Shown one piece after another: positions 5,917 to 8,688 of a stretch of DNA of 8,688 nt (the first letter of the stretch is position 1; each line of letters opens with the position of its first letter). This stretch comes from Escherichia coli. GTDB lineage: Bacteria > Pseudomonadota > Gammaproteobacteria > Enterobacterales > Enterobacteriaceae. The stretch is taken from NCBI RefSeq assembly GCF_003334335.1, contig NZ_QOWQ01000068.1. One strand, given 5' to 3'. The notes beneath the pieces were generated by a model. It made no database searches. It was given only the letters and a program-made list of their open reading frames with translations, and had not been told where the DNA came from. Made by a program: the position numbers and the translations under genes.

Positions 5917-6413
5917 TGCCTCCATCATTACGAAAAGCCGTTGCTGCTGCTATTGGTGGCGGAGCAATTGCTATAGCATCAGTGTTAATTACTGGCCCAA
6001 GTGGTAACGATGGTCTGGAAGGTGTCAGCTACGTACCATACAAAGATATCGTTGGCGTATGGACTGTATGTCACGGACACACCGGAAAAGACATCATGCT
6101 CGGTAAAACGTATACCAAAGCAGAATGCAAAGCACTCTTGAATAAAGACCTTGCCACTGTCGCCAGACAAATTAACCCGTACATCAAAGTCGATATACCG
6201 GAAACAACGCGCGGCGCTCTTTACTCATTCGTTTACAACGTGGGTGCTGGCAATTTCAGAACATCGACGCTTCTTCGCAAAATAAACCAGGGCGATATCA
6301 AAGGCGCATGTGATCAGCTACGTCGCTGGACATATGCTGGCGGTAAGCAATGGAAAGGTCTCATGACTCGTCGTGAGATTGAGCGTGAAATCTGTTTGTG
6401 GGGTCAGCAATGA
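5916..6413 (+). CDS. rrrD: SAR (signal-anchor-release) endolysin of the phage 21 R21 type, from the T4-lysozyme family (165 aa).
   Basis: The N-terminal Gly/Ala-rich SAR domain is [22 protein letters not shown]. The lysozyme catalytic region is [25 protein letters not shown]. The sequence matches R21/RrrD. The start overlaps the essD stop as TAATG. Confidence 0.95.
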   Translation: MPPSLRKAVAAAIGGGAIAIASVLITGPSGNDGLEGVSYVPYKDIVGVWTVCHGHTGKDIMLGKTYTKAECKALLNKDLATVARQINPYIKVDIPETTRGALYSFVYNVGAGNFRTSTLLRKINQGDIKGACDQLRRWTYAGGKQWKGLMTRREIEREICLWGQQ

Positions 6414-6871
6414 ACAGAGTAACCGCGATTATCTCCGCTCTGGTTATCTGCATCATCGTCTACCTGTCATGGGCTGTTAATCATTACCGTGATAACGCCA
6501 TTACCTACAAAGCCCAGCGCGACAAAAATGCCAGAGAACTGAAGCTGGCGAACGCGGCAATTACTGACATGCAGATGCGTCAGCGTGATGTTGCTGCGCT
6601 CGATGCAAAATACACGAAGGAGTTAGCTGATGCGAAAGCTGAAAATGATGCTCTGCGTGATGATGTTGCCGCTGGTCGTCGTCGGTTGCACATCAAAGCA
6701 GTCTGTCAGTCAGTGCGTGAAGCCACCACCGCCTCCGGCGTGGATAATGCAGCCTCCCCCCGACTGGCAGACACCGCTGAACGGGATTATTTCACCCTCA
6801 GAGAGAGGCTGATCACTATGCAAAAACAACTGGAAGGAACCCAGAAGTATATTAATGAGCAGTGCAGATAG
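6410..6871 (+). CDS. rzpD: Inner-membrane spanin (i-spanin), Rz-like (153 aa).
   Basis: The ATG at 6410 overlaps the rrrD TGA as ATGA. There is an N-terminal TMD ([20 protein letters not shown]), then a coiled-coil periplasmic domain rich in A, D, R and K. It matches DLP12 RzpD. The ORF-track start at 6398 is rejected. Confidence 0.9.
   Translation: MNRVTAIISALVICIIVYLSWAVNHYRDNAITYKAQRDKNARELKLANAAITDMQMRQRDVAALDAKYTKELADAKAENDALRDDVAAGRRRLHIKAVCQSVREATTASGVDNAASPRLADTAERDYFTLRERLITMQKQLEGTQKYINEQCR
6630..6812 (+). CDS. rzoD: Outer-membrane spanin lipoprotein (o-spanin), Rz1-like (60 aa). It is fully embedded in the +1 frame of rzpD.
   Basis: The translation [24 protein letters not shown]... 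has a VVGC lipobox and a Pro-rich periplasmic segment ([16 protein letters not shown]). This embedded architecture is diagnostic of lambda-type Rz/Rz1. Confidence 0.85.
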   Translation: MRKLKMMLCVMMLPLVVVGCTSKQSVSQCVKPPPPPAWIMQPPPDWQTPLNGIISPSERG

Positions 6872-6895
6872 AGTTGCCCATATCGATGGGCAACT
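6872..6895. terminator. Perfect 10 bp palindrome with a 4 nt loop between the convergent genes rzpD and borD. It is a likely bidirectional terminator or RNA-processing hairpin.
   Basis: AGTTGCCCAT-ATCG-ATGGGCAACT. It starts 1 nt after the rzpD TAG and ends 7 nt before the borD stop. Neither side has a clean U-tract. Confidence 0.45.
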
Positions 6896-6902
6896 CATGC
6901 AA

Positions 6903-7196
6903 TTATTGTGAGCAATACACACGCGCTTCCAGCGGAGTATAAATGCCTAAAGTAATAAAACCGAGCAATCCATTTACGAATGTTTGCTGGGTTTCTGTTT
7001 TAACAACATTTTCTGCGCCGCCACAAATTTTGGCTGCATCGACAGTTTTCTTCTGCCCAATTCCAGAAACGAAGAAATGATGGGTGATGGTTTCCTTTGG
7101 TGCTACTGCTGCCGGTTTGTTTTGAACAGTAAACGTCTGTTGAGCACATCCTGTAATAAGCAGGGCCAGCGCAGTAGCGAGTAGCATTTTTTTCAT
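6903..7196 (-). CDS. borD: Bor-family outer membrane lipoprotein (97 aa). It is homologous to lambda Bor and the Iss serum-resistance protein.
   Basis: The translation MKKMLLATALALLITGCAQQTF... has an ITGC lipobox. It is near-identical to my memory of lambda Bor/BorD. It sits in the canonical position downstream of the lysis genes, on the opposite strand. Confidence 0.95.
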   Translation of the reverse strand: MKKMLLATALALLITGCAQQTFTVQNKPAAVAPKETITHHFFVSGIGQKKTVDAAKICGGAENVVKTETQQTFVNGLLGFITLGIYTPLEARVYCSQ

Positions 7197-7486
7197 GGTG
7201 TTATTCCCGATGCTTTTTGAAGTTCGCAGAATCGTATGTGTAGAAAATTAAACAAACCCTAAACAATGAGTTGAAATTTCATATTGTTAATATTTATTAA
7301 TGTATGTCAGGTGCGATGAATCGTCATTGTATTCCCGGATTAACTATGTCCACAGCCCTGACGGGGAACTTCTCTGCGGGAGTGTCCGGGAATAATTAAA
7401 AACGATGCACACAGGGTTTAGCGCGTACACGTATTGCATTATGCCAACGCCCCGGTGCTGACACGGAAGAAACCGGACGTTATGAT

Positions 7487-7897
7487 TTAGCGTGGAAAGA
7501 TTTGTGTAGTGTTCTGAATGCTCTCAGTAAATAGTAATGAATTATCAAAGGTATAGTAATATCTTTTATGTTCATGGATATTTGTAACCCATCGGAAAAC
7601 TCCTGCTTTAGCAAGATTTTCCCTGTATTGCTGAAATGTGATTTCTCTTGATTTCAACCTATCATAGGACGTTTCTATAAGATGCGTGTTTCTTGAGAAT
7701 TTAACATTTACAACCTTTTTAAGTCCTTTTATTAACACGGTGTTATCGTTTTCTAACACGATGTGAATATTATCTGTGGCTAGATAGTAAATATAATGTG
7801 AGACGTTGTGACGTTTTAGTTCAGAATAAAACAATTCACAGTTTAAATCTTTTCGCACTTGATCGAATATTTCTTTAAAAATGGCAACCTGAGCCAT
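7487..7897 (-). CDS. ybcV: DUF1398-family protein YbcV (136 aa from the Met preceded by a GGAAGG Shine-Dalgarno element). The ORF track extends it to 177 aa through a GTG start with no Shine-Dalgarno element.
   Basis: The translation [51 protein letters not shown]... matches DLP12 YbcV. The ATG at 7895-7897 (reverse complement) has a GGAAGG element 8 nt upstream. The alternative Met at 7937-7939 (150 aa) lacks a Shine-Dalgarno element. Confidence 0.8.
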   Translation of the reverse strand: MAQVAIFKEIFDQVRKDLNCELFYSELKRHNVSHYIYYLATDNIHIVLENDNTVLIKGLKKVVNVKFSRNTHLIETSYDRLKSREITFQQYRENLAKAGVFRWVTNIHEHKRYYYTFDNSLLFTESIQNTTQIFPR

Positions 7898-8108
7898 TGG
7901 TAAAACCTTCCATGTGATACGAGGGCGCGTAGTTTGCATTATCGTTTTTATCGTTTCAATCTGGTCTGACCTCTTTGTGTTTTGTTGATGATTTATGTCA
8001 AATATTAGGAATGTTTTCACTTAATAGTATTGGTTGCGTAACAAAGTGCGGTCCTGCTGGCATTCTGGAGGGAAATACAACCGACAGATGTATGTAAGGC
8101 CAACGTGC

Positions 8109-8134
8109 TCAAATCTTCATACAGAAAGATTTGA
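8109..8134. promoter_or_regulatory. Perfect 9 bp inverted repeat with an 8 bp spacer, ~50 bp upstream of ybcW. It is a candidate operator for a dimeric DNA-binding protein.
   Basis: TCAAATCTT-catacaga-AAGATTTGA. It lies in the ybcV/ybcW divergent intergenic region. Confidence 0.3.
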
Positions 8135-8182
8135 AGTAATATTTTAACCGCTAGATGAAGAGCAAGCGCATGGAGCGACAAA

Positions 8183-8389
8183 ATGAATAAAGAACAATCT
8201 GCTGATGATCCCTCCGTGGATCTGATTCGTGTAAAAAATATGCTTAATAGCACCATTTCTATGAGTTACCCTGATGTTGTAATTGCATGTATAGAACATA
8301 AGGTGTCTCTGGAAGCATTCAGAGCAATTGAGGCAGCGTTGGTGAAGCACGATAATAATATGAAGGATTATTCCCTGGTGGTTGACTGA
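8183..8389 (+). CDS. ybcW: Small prophage protein YbcW (68 aa), function unknown.
   Basis: The translation [68 protein letters not shown] matches DLP12 YbcW. A GGAG Shine-Dalgarno element lies 8 nt upstream. Confidence 0.8.
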
Positions 8390-8553
8390 TCACCATAACT
8401 GCTAATCATTCAAACTATTTAGCCTGTGACAGAGCCAACACGCAGTCTGTCACTGTCAGGAAAGTGGTAAAACTGCAACTCAATTACTGCAATGCCCTCG
8501 TAATTAAGTGAATTTACAATATCGTCCTGTTCGGAGGGAAGAACGCGGGATGT

Positions 8554-8688
8554 TCATTCTTCATCACTTTTAATTGATGTATATGCTCTCTTTTCTGACG
8601 TTAGTCTCCGACGGCAGGCTTCAATGACCCAGGCTGAGAAATTCCCGGACCCTTTTTGCTCAAGAGCGATGTTAATTTGTTCAATCAT
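8554..8688 (-). CDS. ylcI: Small ORF starting at the window edge, YlcI/YnfO-like, possibly a ribbon-helix-helix DNA-binding protein. The start shown is the ATG at 8686-8688 (reverse complement). The true start may lie beyond the window.
   Basis: Hand translation of the minus strand from the last three bases gives MIEQINIALEQKGSGNFSAWVIEACRRRLTSEKRAYTSIKSDEE, with a stop at 8554-8556 (reverse complement). The pattern of a short beta-strand (INIAL) followed by a helix resembles RHH/CopG-like proteins. It matches the position of ylcI in DLP12. The ORF track omits it because it is shorter than 60 aa. Confidence 0.45.
   Translation of the reverse strand: MIEQINIALEQKGSGNFSAWVIEACRRRLTSEKRAYTSIKSDEE

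Noticed and set aside
5985-6170. 61 aa minus-strand ORF inside rrrD
   Set aside because: It is antisense to the SAR endolysin gene.
6710-7184. 70 aa minus-strand ORF (6710-6922) and 66 aa plus-strand ORF (6984-7184)
   Set aside because: They are antisense to rzpD/rzoD and to borD respectively, and have no signals.
7898-8020. N-terminal extension of ybcV to 177 aa (GTG) or 150 aa (MQTTRP)
   Set aside because: Neither extension has a Shine-Dalgarno element. The Met at 7895-7897 has GGAAGG at good spacing and gives the 136 aa size I recall for YbcV. The extension region would instead be the ybcV promoter and 5' UTR.
8017-8350. 79 aa and 68 aa minus-strand ORFs overlapping the ybcV-ybcW intergenic region and ybcW
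   Set aside because: They have no Shine-Dalgarno elements and are low-complexity, and one is antisense to ybcW, which matches a known protein.

Overview
This window is a segment of a lambdoid prophage in an Escherichia/Shigella-type genome, closely resembling the E. coli DLP12 cryptic prophage. The features run in this order, left to right:

- Positions 1-285: a GC-normal stretch with no clean gene.
- Positions ~285-1860: an AT-rich cargo island carrying a divergent small two-TM membrane protein gene and a two-gene lipoprotein operon (an unknown lipoprotein plus a SlyB/Pcp-like glycine-zipper lipoprotein). DLP12 in K-12 has no counterpart to this island.
- A nin-region module of overlapping, translationally coupled genes: ybcN (NinB-like), ninE, ybcO, rusA and ylcG.
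- The Q-like antiterminator quuD.
- A cluster of hairpin terminators that probably includes the IpeX sRNA.
- An intact nmpC/Lc-type porin moron on the minus strand.
- A ~540 bp AT-rich divergent control region containing a plus-strand intrinsic terminator.
- A phage-21-type lysis cassette: the S21-like pinholin essD, the SAR endolysin rrrD, the spanin rzpD and the embedded spanin rzoD.
- The Bor lipoprotein gene (minus strand), ybcV (minus strand), ybcW (plus strand), and a partial ylcI-like small ORF (minus strand) at the right edge.

There are no rRNA or tRNA genes, no CRISPR array and no transposase. The most interesting part is the AT-rich lipoprotein island. It sits alongside a phage-borne porin, and it could be an envelope-remodelling or superinfection-exclusion module.
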